A stretch of 64,000 nucleotides of DNA, taken from Macrostomum hystrix. Its lineage: Eukaryota; Animalia; Platyhelminthes. Shown here in pieces: positions 49,873 to 64,000 of this stretch. The notes beneath the pieces were generated by a model. It worked only from the letters and a program-made list of their open reading frames with translations, searched no databases and was not told the origin of the DNA. Both the position numbers and the translations under genes were made by a program. The number at the start of each line of letters is the position of its first letter. Within the stretch, counting starts at the first letter, position 1. The stretch lies in assembly GCA_950097015.1 (NCBI GenBank), contig CATNEN010000002.1, positions 7,998,001-8,062,000 of the forward strand, given 5' to 3'.

Positions 49873-50390
49873 TCTAATATACTAAATCTATTATACTAAA
49901 AATGAAAATCTTGCTTGCTTGCTTGTAATTGATTTTCTTCCAAACGGCTCAACCGATTTTCACCATTTCTTCACCAAAAGATGCTAAATATGGGGACAAT
50001 TATACACGTATTTTTATTAAGCTTAACTTTATTGCTAAGGGGATTAAATATTCGAAAACATGATTTTTCAAAGGTCAAACATCTTGGCCTATTGAGAATT
50101 TTACTCTCTGCCACTGAATTAGAATTGCATCGTCAAATTGCGCAACAACCCCTAGCTGATTGAATTTGAAGCCTGCACTCTGGAGACAAATTTGAAATAA
50201 ATGTACACAACCAACCGCAAGACTGAGTGTACTCTATTTTCTTACTTCATTGTACATAGCCAGAACTTTGAGAATTCATTTTATAACGCTGATTTTTGCA
50301 CCCACTAACCAACAGTCGGAATAGCCGATGTGTAGGCACTAGGAATAGGTTAGGCTAGGCTAGGGTTCGATTCTGCACTGCGTCAAATCA

Positions 50391-50835
50391 TCTAATATAC
50401 TAAAAATGAAAATCTTGCTTGCTTGCTTGTTTGCAATCGACTAGCTCCCGAACGGCTCAACCGATTTTCACAATTCCTTCGCCAAAAGATCACAATTGGG
50501 CCGGAATCGGTACACGTAATTTTATTAAGCTTAATTCCATTGCCAAGGGGATTAAATATTCGAAAAACAGTTTTAAATAGGCTTTTCTAATGCATTCTTG
50601 TTTTCAGCTTGTGCACAGTGAGGCCTCCAGTGCCAATTTTAATGATTGCATCAGAGCCAGTTTTGATAACGAACTGATAAGAACTCACAGGGAGGCTACC
50701 CAGAGGGTAGCGAAGGCAGCTAGTCTTATATACTAAAAATGAAAATCTTGCTTGCTTGCTTGTATGTTTGCAATCGACTAGCTCCCGAACGGCTTAACCG
50801 ATTTTCACAATTCCTTCGCCAAAAGATCACAATTT
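50391..50835 (+). mobile_element. Nested type-A Helitron (one full unit plus one 5' fragment)
   Basis: Left junction CAAATCA|TCTAAT, where the uninterrupted copy reads CAAATCA|TTTAG: a canonical A|T target. About 30 bp of the host arm is missing at the right junction. Confidence 0.85.
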
Positions 50836-50899
50836 TGAAGACTATTTTATATTATTTTTTTCATTTCGTAAATCAAATATCATAAATCATAGCACACCG

Positions 50900-53800
50900 G
50901 CTAAAACAGAGTTTGAATCATGGCTAAACCAGAGTCTGAATCATGGCTAAACCAGAGTCTGAATCATGGCTAAACCAGAGTCTGAATCATGGCTAAACCA
51001 GAGTCTGAATCATGGCTAAACCAGAGTCTGAATCAAGGCTAAACCAGATCTTGAATCATGGCTAAACCAGAGTCTGAATCATGGCTAAACCAGAGTCTGA
51101 ATCATGGCTAAACCAGAGTTTAAATCATGGCAAAACCAGAGTTTGAATCATAGCTACACCAGAGTCTGTATCATGACTAAACCAGAATTTGAATCATAGC
51201 TAAACCAGCGTCTGAATCATGGCTAAACCAGAGTCTGAATCAAGGCTAAACCAGAGTCTGGATCATGGCTAAACCAGAGTTTGAATCATGGCTACACCAG
51301 AGTCTGACTCAAGGCTAAACCAGAGTCTGAATCATGGCTAAACCAGAGTTTGAATCATGGCTGAACAAGAGTCTGAATCATGGCTAAACCAGAGTCTGAA
51401 TCATGGCTAAACCAGAGTCTGAATCATGGCTAAACCAGAGTCTGAATCATGGCTAAACCAGAGTGTGAATCATGGCTAAACCAGAGTTTGAATCATAGCT
51501 AAACCAGAGTCTGAATCATGTCTACACCAGAGTCTGAATCAAGGCTAAACCAGAGTCTGGATCATGGCTAAACCAGAGTCTGAATCATGGCTACACCAGA
51601 GTCTGACTCAAGGCTAAACCAGAGTCTGAATCATGGCTAAACCAGAGTCTGAATCATGGCTAAACCAGAGTCTGAATCATAGCTAAACCAGAGTCTGAAT
51701 CATGGCTACACCAGAGTCTGAATCATGGCTAAACCAGAGTTTGAATCATGGCTAAACCAGAGTCTGAATCATGGCTAAACCAGAGTCTGAATCATGGCTA
51801 AACCAGAGTTTGAATCATAGCTAAACCAGAATTTGAATCATGGCTACACCAGAGTCTGAATCATGGCTAAACCAACGTTTGAATCATGGCTAATGCAGAG
51901 TTTGAATCATGGCTAAACCAGAGTTTGAATCGTGGCTAAACCAGAGTTTGAATCATGGCTAAACCAGAGTTTGAATCATGTCTACACCAGAGTCTGAATC
52001 AAGGCTAAACCAGAGTCTGGATCATGGCTAAACCAGAGTCTGAATCATGGCTACACCAGAGTCTGACTCAAGGCTAAACCAGAGTCTGAATCATGGCTAA
52101 ACCAGAGTCTGAATCATGGCTAAACCAGAGTCTGAATCATAGCTAAACCAGAGTCTGAATCATGGCTACACCAGAGTCTGAATCATGGCTAAACCAGAGT
52201 CTGAATCATGGCTAAACCAGAGTCTAAATCATGGCTAAACCAGAGTCTGAATCATGGCTAAACCAGAGTTTGAATCATAGCTAAACCAGAATTTGAATCA
52301 TGGCTACACCAGAGTCTGAATCATGGCTAAACCAACGTTTGAATCATGGCTAATGCAGAGTTTGAATCATGGCTAAACCAGAGTTTGAATCGTGGCTAAA
52401 CCAGAGTTTGAATCGTGGCTAAACCAGAGTTTGAATCATGGCTAAACAAGAGTTTCAATCATGGCTAAACCAGAGCTTGAATCATGGCTAAACCAGAGCT
52501 TGAATCATGGCTAAACAAGAGTTTGAATCATGGCTAAACCAGAGCTTGAATCATGGCTAAACCGGAGTTTGAATCATGGCTAAACCAGAGTTTGAATCAT
52601 GGCAAATGCAGAGTTTGAATCATGGCTAAACCAGAGTTTGAATCATGGCTAAACCAGAGTTTGAATCATGGCTAAACCAGAGTCTGAATCATGGCTAAAC
52701 CAGAGTCTGAATCATGGCTAAACCAGAGTTTGAATCATAGCTAAACCAGAGTCTGAATCATGGCTACACCAGAGTCTGAATCATGGCTAAACCAACGTTT
52801 GAATCATGGCTAATGCAGAGTTTGAATCATGGCTAAACCAGAGTTTGAATCGTGGCTAAACCAGAGTTTGAATCATGGCTAAACCAGAGTTTGAATCATG
52901 GCTAAACAAGAGTTTCAATCATGGCTAAACCAGAGCTTGAATCATGGCTAAACCAGAGCTTGAATCATGGCTAAACAAGAGTTTGAATCATGGCTAAACC
53001 AGAGCTTGAATCATGGCTAAACCGGAGTTTGAATCATGGCTAAACCAGAGTTTGAATCATGGCTAAACCAGAGTCTGAATCATGGCTAAACCAGAGTCTG
53101 AATCATGGCTAAACCAGAGTTTGAATCATAGCTAAACCAGAGTCTGAATCATGGCTACACCAGAGTCTGAATCATGGCTAAACCAGAGTTTGAATCATGG
53201 CTAATGCAGAGTTTGAATCATGGCTAAACCAGAGTCTGAATCATAGCTAAACCAGAGTCTGAATCATGGCTAAACCAGAGTTTGAATCATGGCTAAACCA
53301 GAGTCTGAATCATGGCTAAACCAGAGTCTGAATCATGGCTAAACCAGAGTCTGAATCATGGCTAAACCAGAGTCTGAATCAAGGCTAAACCAGATCTTGA
53401 ATCATGGCTAAACCAGAGTCTGAATCATGGCTAAACCAGAGTCTGAATCATGGCTAAACTAGAGTTTGAATCATAGCTACACCAGAGTCTGAATCATGAC
53501 TAAACCAGAATTTGAATCATAGCTAAACCAGCGTCTAAATCATGGCTAAACTAGATTCTGAATCATGGCTAAACCAGAGTCTGAAACATGGCAAAACCAG
53601 AGTTTGAATCATGGCTAAACCAGAGTTTGAATCATGGCTAAACCAGATCTTGAATCATGGCTATACCAGAGTCTGAATCATGGCTAAACCAGCGTCTGAA
53701 TCATGGCTACACCAGAGTCTGAATCATGGCTAAACCAGAGTTTGAATCATAGCTAAACCAGAGTCTGAATCATGGCTACACCAGAGTCTGAATCATGGCT

Positions 53801-55683
53801 AAACCAACGTTTGAATCATGGCTAATGCAGAGTTTGAATCATGGCTGAACAAGAGTTTGAATCATGGCTAAACCAGAGTTTGAATCGTGGCTAAACCAGA
53901 GTTTGAATCATGGCTAAACCAGAGTTTGAATCATGGCTAAACCAGAGTTTGAATCATGGCTACACCAGAGTTTGAATCATGGCTAAACCAGAGTTTGAAT
54001 CATAGCTAAACCAGAGTTTGAATCATGGCTAAACCAGAGTCTGAATCATGGCTACACCAGCGTCTGAATCATGGCTAAACCAACGTTTGAATCATGGCTA
54101 ATGCAGAGTTTGAATCATGGCTAAACCAGAGTTTGAATCGTGGCTAAACCAGAGTTTGAATCATGGCTAAACCAGAGTTTGAATCATGGCTAAACAAGAG
54201 TTTCAATCATGGCTAAACCAGAGCTTGAATCATGGCTAAACCAGAGCTTGAATCATGGCTAAACAAGAGTTTGAATCATGGCTAAACCAGAGCTTGAATC
54301 ATGGCTAAACCGGAGTTTGAATCATGGCTAAACCAGAGTTTGAATCATGGCTAATGCAGAGTTTGAATCATGGCTAAACCAGAGTTTGAATCATGGCTAA
54401 ACCAGAGTTTGAATCATGGCTAAACCAGAGTCTGAATCATGGCTAAACCAGAGTCTGAATCATGGCTAAACCAGAGTTTGAATCATAGCTAAACCAGAGT
54501 CTGAATCATGGCTACACCAGAGTCTGAATCATGGCTAAACCAGAGTTTGAATCATGGCTAATGCAGAGTTTGAATCATGGCTAAACCAGAGTCTGAATCA
54601 TAGCTAAACCAGAGTCTGAATCATGGCTAAACCAGAGTTTGAATCATGGCTAAACCAGAGTCTGAATCATGGCTAAACCAGAGTCTGAATCATGGCTAAA
54701 CCAGAGTCTGAATCATGGCTAAACCAGAGTCTGAATCAAGGCTAAACCAGATCTTGAATCATGGCTAAACCAGAGTCTGAATCATGGCTAAACCAGAGTC
54801 TGAATCATGGCTAAACTAGAGTTTGAATCATAGCTACACCAGAGTCTGAATCATGACTAAACCAGAATTTGAATCATAGCTAAACCAGCGTCTAAATCAT
54901 GGCTAAACTAGATTCTGAATCATGGCTAAACCAGAGTCTGAAACATGGCAAAACCAGAGTTTGAATCATGGCTAAACCAGAGTTTGAATCATGGCTAAAC
55001 CAGATCTTGAATCATGGCTATACCAGAGTCTGAATCATGGCTAAACCAGCGTCTGAATCATGGCTACACCAGAGTCTGAATCATGGCTAAACCAGAGTTT
55101 GAATCATGGCTAAACCAGAGTCTGAATCATGGCTAAACCAGAGTCTGAATCATGGCTACACCAGAGTCTGAATCATGGCTAAACCAGCGTCTTAATCATG
55201 GCTAAACTAGAGTCTGAATCATGGCTACTCCAGAGTCTGAAACATGAGTTTGAATCATGGCTAAACCAGAGTTTGAATCATGGCTAAACCAGATCTTGAA
55301 TCATGGCTAAACCAGAGTCTGAATCATGGCTAAACCAGAGTCTGAATCATGACTAAACTAGAGTCTGAATCATGGCTAAACCAGAGTTTAAATCATGGCA
55401 AAACCAGAGTTTGAATCATAGCTACACCAGAGTCTGAATCATGGGTAAACCAGAATTTGAATCATAGCTAAACCAGCGTCTTAATCATGGCTAAACTAGA
55501 TTCTGAATCATGGCTAAACCAGAGTTTGAATCATGGCTAAACCAGATCTTGAATCATGGCTAAACCAGAGTCTGAATCATGGCTAAACCAGAGTCTGAAT
55601 CATGGCTAAACTAGAGTCTGAATCATGGCTAAACCAGACTCTGAATCATGGCTACACCAGACTGTGAATCATGGCTAAACCAG
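50900..55683. repeat. 23-bp satellite, C family (~4.8 kb)
   Basis: About 205 tandem units of GAATCATGGCTAAACCAGAGT(C/T)T. Confidence 0.97.
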
Positions 55684-55689
55684 AACTGG

Positions 55690-58600
55690 TGGATAATCGT
55701 CAACTGGGGGATCATGGTAAACTGGGGGATAATTGTCAACTGGGGGATCATTGTCAACTGGAGGATAATTGTCACGGGGAAACATCACCAAATGCGGGAT
55801 CATAATCAACTGGGGGATCATTGTCAACTAGGGGATCATGTTCAACTGGGGGAACATTGACAACTGGGATCACCATCAATGGGGGATCATAGTCAACTGA
55901 GAGATAATTGTCGACTGGGGGATAATCGTCAACTGGGGGATCATGGTCAACTGGAGGATCATTGTCAACGGGGGGATAATTGTCAACTGGGGGATAATTG
56001 TCAACTGGGGAGTCATCATCAAATGCGGGATCATGGTCAACTGGGGGATAATTGTCAATGTCAACTGGGGGATCATTGTCAACTGTGAGATCATTGTCAA
56101 TGTCAACTGGGGGATCAATGTCAACTGGGGATCATTGTCAACTGTGGGATCATTGTAAACTGGGGGATCATTGTCAACTGGGGGTTTATCATCACCCGGA
56201 GGATCATTGTGAACTGGGGGGATCATTGTCAACTTGTTGATCATCATCAACTGGGGGATCATAGTCAACTGTGGGAACATTGTCAACTGGGGGAACGTTG
56301 TCAACTGGGGATCATCATCAATGGGGAGTCATCATTAACTGGGGGATCATTGTCAACTGTGGGATCATTGTCAACTGGGGGATCATTGTCAACTGGGGGT
56401 TCATTGTCAAATGGGGGAACATTGTCAACTGGGGGATCATTGTCAACTGGGGGTTCATTGTCAACTGGGGGTTCATTGTCAACTGGGGGTTCATTGTCAA
56501 CTGGGGGATCATTGTCAACTGGGGGATCATTGTCAACTGGGTGATCATCATTAACTGGGGGATCATTGTCAACTGGGGGATCATTGTCAACTGTGGGATC
56601 ATTGTCAACTGGGGGATCATTGTCAAATGGGGGATCATTGTCAACTGGGGGATCGTTGTCAACTGGGGGTTCATTGTCAACTGGGGGATCATTGTCAACT
56701 GGGGGATCATTGTCAACTGTGGGATCATTGTCAACTGGGGGATCATTGTCAAATGGGGGAACATTGTCAACTGGGGGTTCATTGTCAACTGGGGGTTCAT
56801 TGTCAACTGGGGGATCATTGTCAACTGGGGGATCATTGTCAACTGGGGGATCATCATCAACTGGCGGATCATTGTCAACTGGGGGTTCATTGTCAACTGT
56901 GAGATCATTGTCAACGGGCGGGATCATTGTCAACTGGGGAATCATTGTCAACTGGGGGATCATTGTCAACTGGGTGATCATCATCAACTGGGGGATCATT
57001 GTCAACTGGGGGAACATTGTCAACTGGAGGAACATAGTTAACTGGGGATCATCATCAATGGGGAGTCATCATCAACTGGGGGATCATTGTGAACTGGGGG
57101 ATCTTTGTTAACTGGGGGATCATTGTCAACTGGGGGATCATTGTCAACTGGGGGATCATTGTCAACTGGGGGATCATTGTCAACTGGGTGATCATCATTA
57201 ACTGGGGGATCATTGTCAACTGGGGGATCATTGTCAACTGTGGGATCATTGTCAACTGGGGGATCATTGTCAAATGGGGGAACATTGTCAACTGGGGGAT
57301 CATTGTCAACTGGGGGTTCATTGTCAACTGGGGATTCATTGTCAACTGGGGGTTCATTGTCAACTGTGGGATCATTGTCAACGGGCGGGATCATTGTCAA
57401 CTGGGGGATCATTGTCAACTGGGGGATCGTTGTCAACTGGGGTTCATTGTCAACTGGGGGATCATTGTCAACTGGGGGATCATTGTCAACTGGGGGATCA
57501 TCATCAACTGGCGGATCATTGTCAACTGGGGGTTCATTGTCAACTGTGAGATCATTGTCAACGGGCGGGATCATTGTCAACTGGGGAATCATTGTCAACT
57601 GGGGGATCATTGTCAACTGGGGGATCATTGTCAACTGGGTGATCATCATCAACTGGGGGATCATTGTCAACTGGGGGAACATTGTCAACTGGAGGAACAT
57701 TGTTAACTGGGGATCATCATCAATGGGGAGTCATCATCAACTGGGGGATCATTGTGAACTGGGGGATCTTTGTTAACTGGGGGATCATTGTCAACTGGGG
57801 GATCATTGTCAACTGGGGGATCATTGTCAACTGGGGGATCATTGTCAACTGGGTGATCATCATTAACTGGGGGATCATTGTCAACTGGGGGATCATTGTC
57901 AACTGTGGGATCATTGTCAACTGGGGGATCATTGTCAAATGGGGGAACATTGTCAACTGGGGGATCATTGTCAACTGGGGGTTCATTGTCAACTGGGGGT
58001 TCATTGTCAACTGGGGGTTCATTGTCAACTGTGGGATCATTGTCAACGGGCGGGATCATTGTCAACTGGGGGATCATTGTCAACTGGGGGATCGTTGTCA
58101 ACTGGGGTTCATTGTCAACTGGGGGATCATTGTCAACTGGGGGATCATTGTCAACTGGGGGATCATCATCAACTGGCGGATCATTGTCAACTGGGGGTTC
58201 ATTGTCAACTGTGAGATCATTGTCAACGGGCGGGCTCATTGTCAACTGGGGAATCATTGTCAACTGGGTGATCATCATCAACTGGGGGATCATTGTCAAC
58301 TGGGGGAACATTGTCAACTGGAGGAACATTGTTAACTGGGGATCATCATCAATGGGGAGTCATCATCAACTGGGGGATCATTGTGAACTGGGGGATCTTT
58401 GTTAACTGGGGGATCATTGTCAACTGGGGGATCATTGTCAACTGGGGGATCATTGTCAACTGGGGGATCATTGTCAACTGGGTGATCATCATTAACTGGG
58501 GGATCATTGTCAACTGGGGGATCATTGTCAACTGTGGGATCATTGTCAACTGGGGGATCATTGTCAAATGGGGGATCATTGTCAACTGGGGGATCGTTGT

Positions 58601-61600
58601 CAACTGGGGGTTCATTGTCAACTGGGGGATCATTGTCAACTGGGGGATCATTGTCAACTGTGGGATCATTGTCAACTGGGGGATCATTGTCAAATGGGGG
58701 AACATTGTCAACTGGGGGTTCATTGTCAACTGGGGGTTCATTGTCAACTGGGGGATCATTGTCAACTGGGGGATCATTGTCAACTGGGGGATCATCATCA
58801 ACTGGCGGATCATTGTCAACTGGGGGTTCATTGTCAACTGTGAGATCATTGTCAACGGGCGGGATCATTGTCAACTGGGGGATCATCATCAACTGGGGGA
58901 TCATTGTCAACTGGGTGATCATCATTAACTGGGGGATCATTGTCAACTGGGGGATCATTGTCAACTGGGGGTTCATTGTCAACTGGGGGATCATTGTCAA
59001 CTGGGGGATCATTGTCAACTGGGGGATCATCATCAACTGGCGGATCATTGTCAACTGGGGGTTCATTGTCAACTGTGAGATCATTGTCAACGGGCGGGAT
59101 CATTGTCAACTGGGGAATCATTGTCAACTGGGGGATCATTGTCAACTGGGGGATCATTGTCAACTGGGTGATCATCATCAACTGGGGGATCATTGTCAAC
59201 TGGGGGAACATTGTCAACTGGAGGAACATTGTTAACTGGGGATCATCATCAATGGGGAGTCATCATCAACTGGGGGATCATTGTGAACTGGGGGATCTTT
59301 GTTAACTGGGGGATCATTGTCAACTGGGGGATCATTGTCAACTGGGGGATCATTGTCAACTGGGGGATCATTGTCAACTGGGTGATCATTGTCAACTGGG
59401 GGTTCATTGTCAACTGGGGGTTCATTGTCAACTGGGGGTTCATTGTCAACTGTGGGATCATTGTCAACGGGCGGGATCATTGTCAACTGGGGGATCATTG
59501 TCAACTGGGGGATCGTTGTCAACTGGGGTTCATTGTCAACTGGGGGATCATTGTCAACTGGGGGATCATTGTCAACTGGGGGATCATCATCAACTGGCGG
59601 ATCATTGTCAACTGGGGGTTCATTGTCAACTGTGAGATCATTGTCAACGGGCGGGATCATTGTCAACTGGGGAATCATTGTCAACTGGGGGATCATTGTC
59701 AACTGGGGGATCATTGTCAACTGGGTGATCATCATCAACTGGGGGATCATTGTCAACTGGGGGAACATTGTCAACTGGAGGAACATTGTTAACTGGGGAT
59801 CATCATCAATGGGGAGTCATCATCAACTGGGGGATCATTGTGAACTGGGGGATCTTTGTTAACTGGGGGATCATTGTCAACTGGGGGATCATTGTCAACT
59901 GGGGGATCATTGTCAACTGGGGGATCATTGTCAACTGGGTGATCATCATTAACTGGGGGATCATTGTCAACTGGGGGATCATTGTCAACTGTGGGATCAT
60001 TGTCAACTGGGGGATCATTGTCAAATGGGGGAACATTGTCAACTGGGGGATCATTGTCAACTGGGGGTTCATTGTCAACTGGGGGTTCATTGTCAACTGG
60101 GGGTTCATTGTCAACTGTGGGATCATTGTCAACGGGCGGGATCATTGTCAACTGGGGGATCATTGTCAACTGGGGGATCGTTGTCAACTGGGGTTCATTG
60201 TCAACTGGGGGATCATTGTCAACTGGGGGATCATTGTCAACTGGGGGATCATCATCAACTGGCGGATCATTGTCAACTGGGGGTTCATTGTCAACTGGGG
60301 AATCATTGTCAACTGGGGGATCATTGTCAACTGTGGGATCATTGTCAACTGGGTGATCATCATCAACTGGGGGATCATTGTCAACTGGGGGAACATTGTC
60401 AACTGGAGGAACATTGTTAACTGGGGATCATCATCAATGGGGAGTCATCATCAACTGGGGGATCATTGTGAACTGGGGGATCTTTGTTAACTGGGGGATC
60501 ATTGTCAACTGGGGGATCATTGTCAACTGGGGGATCATTGTCAACTGGGGGATCATTGTCAACTGGGTGATCATCATTAACTGGGGGATCATTGTCAACT
60601 GGGGGATCATTGTCAACTGTGGGATCATTGTCAACTGGGGGATCATTGTCAAATGGGGGATCATTGTCAACTGGGGGATCGTTGTCAACTGGGGGTTCAT
60701 TGTCAACTGGGGGATCATTGTCAACTGGGGGATCATTGTCAACTGTGGGATCATTGTCAACTGGGGGATCATTGTCAAATGGGGGAACATTGTCAACTGG
60801 GGGTTCATTGTCAACTGGGGGTTCATTGTCAACTGGGGGATCATTGTCAACTGGGGGATCATTGTCAACTGGGGGATCATCATCAACTGGCGGATCATTG
60901 TCAACTGGGGGTTCATTGTCAACTGTGAGATCATTGTCAACGGGCGGGATCCTTGTCAACTGGGGGATCATCATCAACTGGGGGATCATTGTCAACTGGG
61001 TGATCATCATTAACTGGGGGATCATTGTCAACTGGGGGATCATTGTCAACTGGGGGTTCATTGTCAACTGGGGGATCATTGTCAACTGGGGGATCATTGT
61101 CAACTGGGGGATCATCATCAACTGGCGGATCATTGTCAACTGGGGGTTCATTGTCAACTGTGAGATCATTGTCAACGGGCGGGATCATTGTCAACTGGGG
61201 AATCATTGTCAACTGGGGGATCATTGTCAACTGGGGGATCATTGTCAACTGGGTGATCATCATCAACTGGGGGATCATTGTCAACTGGGGGAACATTGTC
61301 AACTGGAGGAACATTGTTAACTGGGGATCATCATCAATGGGGAGTCATCATCAACTGGGGGATCATTGTGAACTGGGGGATCTTTGTTAACTGGGGGATC
61401 ATTGTCAACTGGGGGATCATTGTCAACTGGGGGATCATTGTCAACTGGGAGATCATTGTCAACTGGGTGATCATCATTAACTGGGGGATCATTGTCAACT
61501 GGGGGATCATTGTCAACTGTGGGATCATTGTCAACTGGGGGATCATTGTCAAATGGGGGAACATTGTCAACTGGGGGATCATTGTCAACTGGGGGTTCAT

Positions 61601-64000
61601 TGTCAACTGGGGGTTCATTGTCAACTGGGGGTTCATTGTCAACTGTGGGATCATTGTCAACGGGCGGGATCATTGTCAACTGGGGGATCATTGTCAACTG
61701 GGGGATCGTTGTCAACTGGGGTTCATTGTCAACTGGGGGATCATTGTCAACTGGGGGATCATTGTCAACTGGGGGATCATCATCAACTGGCGGATCATTG
61801 TCAACTGGGGGTTCATTGTCAACTGGGGAATCATTGTCAACTGGGGGATCATTGTCAACTGTGGGATCATTGTCAACTGGGTGATCATCATCAACTGGGG
61901 GATCATTGTCAACTGGGGGAACATTGTCAACTGGAGGAACATTGTTAACTGGGGATCATCATCAATGGGGAGTCATCATCAACTGGGGGATCATTGTGAA
62001 CTGGGGGATCTTTGTTAACTGGGGGATCATTGTCAACTGGGGGATCATTGTCAACTGGGGGATCATTGTCAACTGGGGGATCATTGTCAACTGGGTGATC
62101 ATCATTAACTGGGGGATCATTGTCAACTGGGGGATCATTGTCAACTGTGGGATCATTGTCAACTGGGGGATCATTGTCAAATGGGGGATCATTGTCAACT
62201 GGGGGATCGTTGTCAACTGGGGGTTCATTGTCAACTGGGGGATCATTGTCAACTGGGGGATCATTGTCAACTGTGGGATCATTGTCAACTGGGGGATCAT
62301 TGTCAAATGGGGGAACATTGTCAACTGGGGGTTCATTGTCAACTGGGGGTTCATTGTCAACTGGGGGATCATTGTCAACTGGGGGATCATTGTCAACTGG
62401 GGGATCATCATCAACTGGCGGATCATTGTCAACTGGGGGTTCATTGTCAACTGTGAGATCATTGTCAACGGGCGGGATCATTGTCAACTGGGGAATCATT
62501 GTCAACTGGGGGATCATTGTCAACTGGGGGATCATTGTCAACTGGGTGATCATCATCAACTGGGGGATCATTGTCAACTGGGGGAACATTGTCAACTGGA
62601 GGAACATAGTTAACTGGGGATCATCATCAATGGGGAGTCATCATCAACTGGGGGATCATTGTGAACTGGGGGATCTTTGTTAACTGGGGGATCATTGTCA
62701 ACTGGGGGATCATTGTCAACTGGGGGATCATTGTCAACTGGGGGATCATTGTCAACTGGGTGATCATCATTAACTGGGGGATCATTGTCAACTGGGGGAT
62801 CATTGTCAACTGTGGGATCATTGTCAACTGGGGGATCATTGTCAAATGGGGGAACATTGTCAACTGGGGGATCATTGTCAACTGGGGGTTCATTGTCAAC
62901 TGGGGATTCATTGTCAACTGGGGGTTCATTGTCAACTGTGGGATCATTGTCAACGGGCGGGATCATTGTCAACTGGGGGATCATTGTCAACTGGGGGATC
63001 GTTGTCAACTGGGGTTCATTGTCAACTGGGGGATCATTGTCAACTGGGGGATCATTGTCAACTGGGGGATCATCATCAACTGGCGGATCATTGTCAACTG
63101 GGGGTTCATTGTCAACTGTGAGATCATTGTCAACGGGCGGGATCATTGTCAACTGGGGAATCATTGTCAACTGGGGGATCATTGTCAACTGGGGGATCAT
63201 TGTCAACTGGGTGATCATCATCAACTGGGGGATCATTGTCAACTGGGGGAACATTGTCAACTGGAGGAACATTGTTAACTGGGGATCATCATCAATGGGG
63301 AGTCATCATCAACTGGGGGATCATTGTGAACTGGGGGATCTTTGTTAACTGGGGGATCATTGTCAACTGGGGGATCATTGTCAACTGGGGGATCATTGTC
63401 AACTGGGGGATCATTGTCAACTGGGTGATCATCATTAACTGGGGGATCATTGTCAACTGGGGGATCATTGTCAACTGTGGGATCATTGTCAACTGGGGGA
63501 TCATTGTCAAATGGGGGAACATTGTCAACTGGGGGATCATTGTCAACTGGGGGTTCATTGTCAACTGGGGGTTCATTGTCAACTGGGGGTTCATTGTCAA
63601 CTGTGGGATCATTGTCAACGGGCGGGATCATTGTCAACTGGGGGATCATTGTCAACTGGGGGATCGTTGTCAACTGGGGTTCATTGTCAACTGGGGGATC
63701 ATTGTCAACTGGGGGATCATTGTCAACTGGGGGATCATCATCAACTGGCGGATCATTGTCAACTGGGGGTTCATTGTCAACTGTGAGATCATTGTCAACG
63801 GGCGGGCTCATTGTCAACTGGGGAATCATTGTCAACTGGGTGATCATCATCAACTGGGGGATCATTGTCAACTGGGGGAACATTGTCAACTGGAGGAACA
63901 TTGTTAACTGGGGATCATCATCAATGGGGAGTCATCATCAACTGGGGGATCATTGTGAACTGGGGGATCTTTGTTAACTGGGGGATCATTGTCAACTGGG
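55690..64000. repeat. 18-bp satellite with higher-order structure (>8.3 kb)
   Basis: GGGGGATCATTGTCAACT units; landmark GGAGGAACATTGTTAACTGGGGATCATCATCAATGGGGAG recurs every ~0.5-0.9 kb. Confidence 0.97.

Larger units (their letters stand above)
49873..64000 (+). mobile_element. Second type-C Helitron with nested type-A copies and expanded satellites; runs off the window
   Basis: 5' arm 49887-50390 aligns with 43987-44500. Type-A insert at 50391-50835. The arm resumes (TTGAAGA.TATTTT...CATAAATCATAGC, cf. 44533), followed by the same two satellites in the same order. Confidence 0.88.

Noticed and set aside
14883-50163. Recurrent 60-82 aa ORFs (MKILFVCLYVC...)
   Set aside because: Translations of the non-coding Helitron 5' arm; many copies are frameshifted by the microsatellite.
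20735-55683. CRISPR-like appearance of 23-bp repeats
   Set aside because: Units are contiguous with no unique spacers, no cas genes are present and the context is eukaryotic.
46264-64000. Dozens of repetitive ORFs (NWGIIV, QLTMIP, VDNDPP, STGGSL, QLGDHC)
   Set aside because: An 18-bp unit without stop codons is open in most frames on both strands; indels switch frames freely.

Overview
Repeat-dense eukaryotic (metazoan-like) DNA with GT-AG introns and no prokaryotic features. 1-6.3 kb holds a 433-bp MITE with an 8-bp TSD, a five-exon minus-strand gene (HMG-box-like part, GTF2I-repeat-like part, tail encoded by a 36-bp minisatellite) and a 40-bp VNTR. 6.3-14.5 kb is a defective Ty3/Gypsy LTR retrotransposon: intact gag, -1 frameshift signal, four lesions in pol, four tandem PBS-like repeats, two internal copies of its PPT and an extra 3' ORF. 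Its 3' LTR is cut at 14524. From there to the window end lies a same-orientation, head-to-tail concatemer of one Helitron family. It contains roughly 30-35 short (~330-360 bp) TC...CTAG units, longer elements carrying 23-bp and 18-bp satellites with a second type of 3' terminus, and one apparently intact 9-exon, 1808-aa STPR-OTU-ZnF-Rep-PIF1 helicase gene. Exon models and coordinates were worked out by hand; family names rest on recognised motifs, not database searches.
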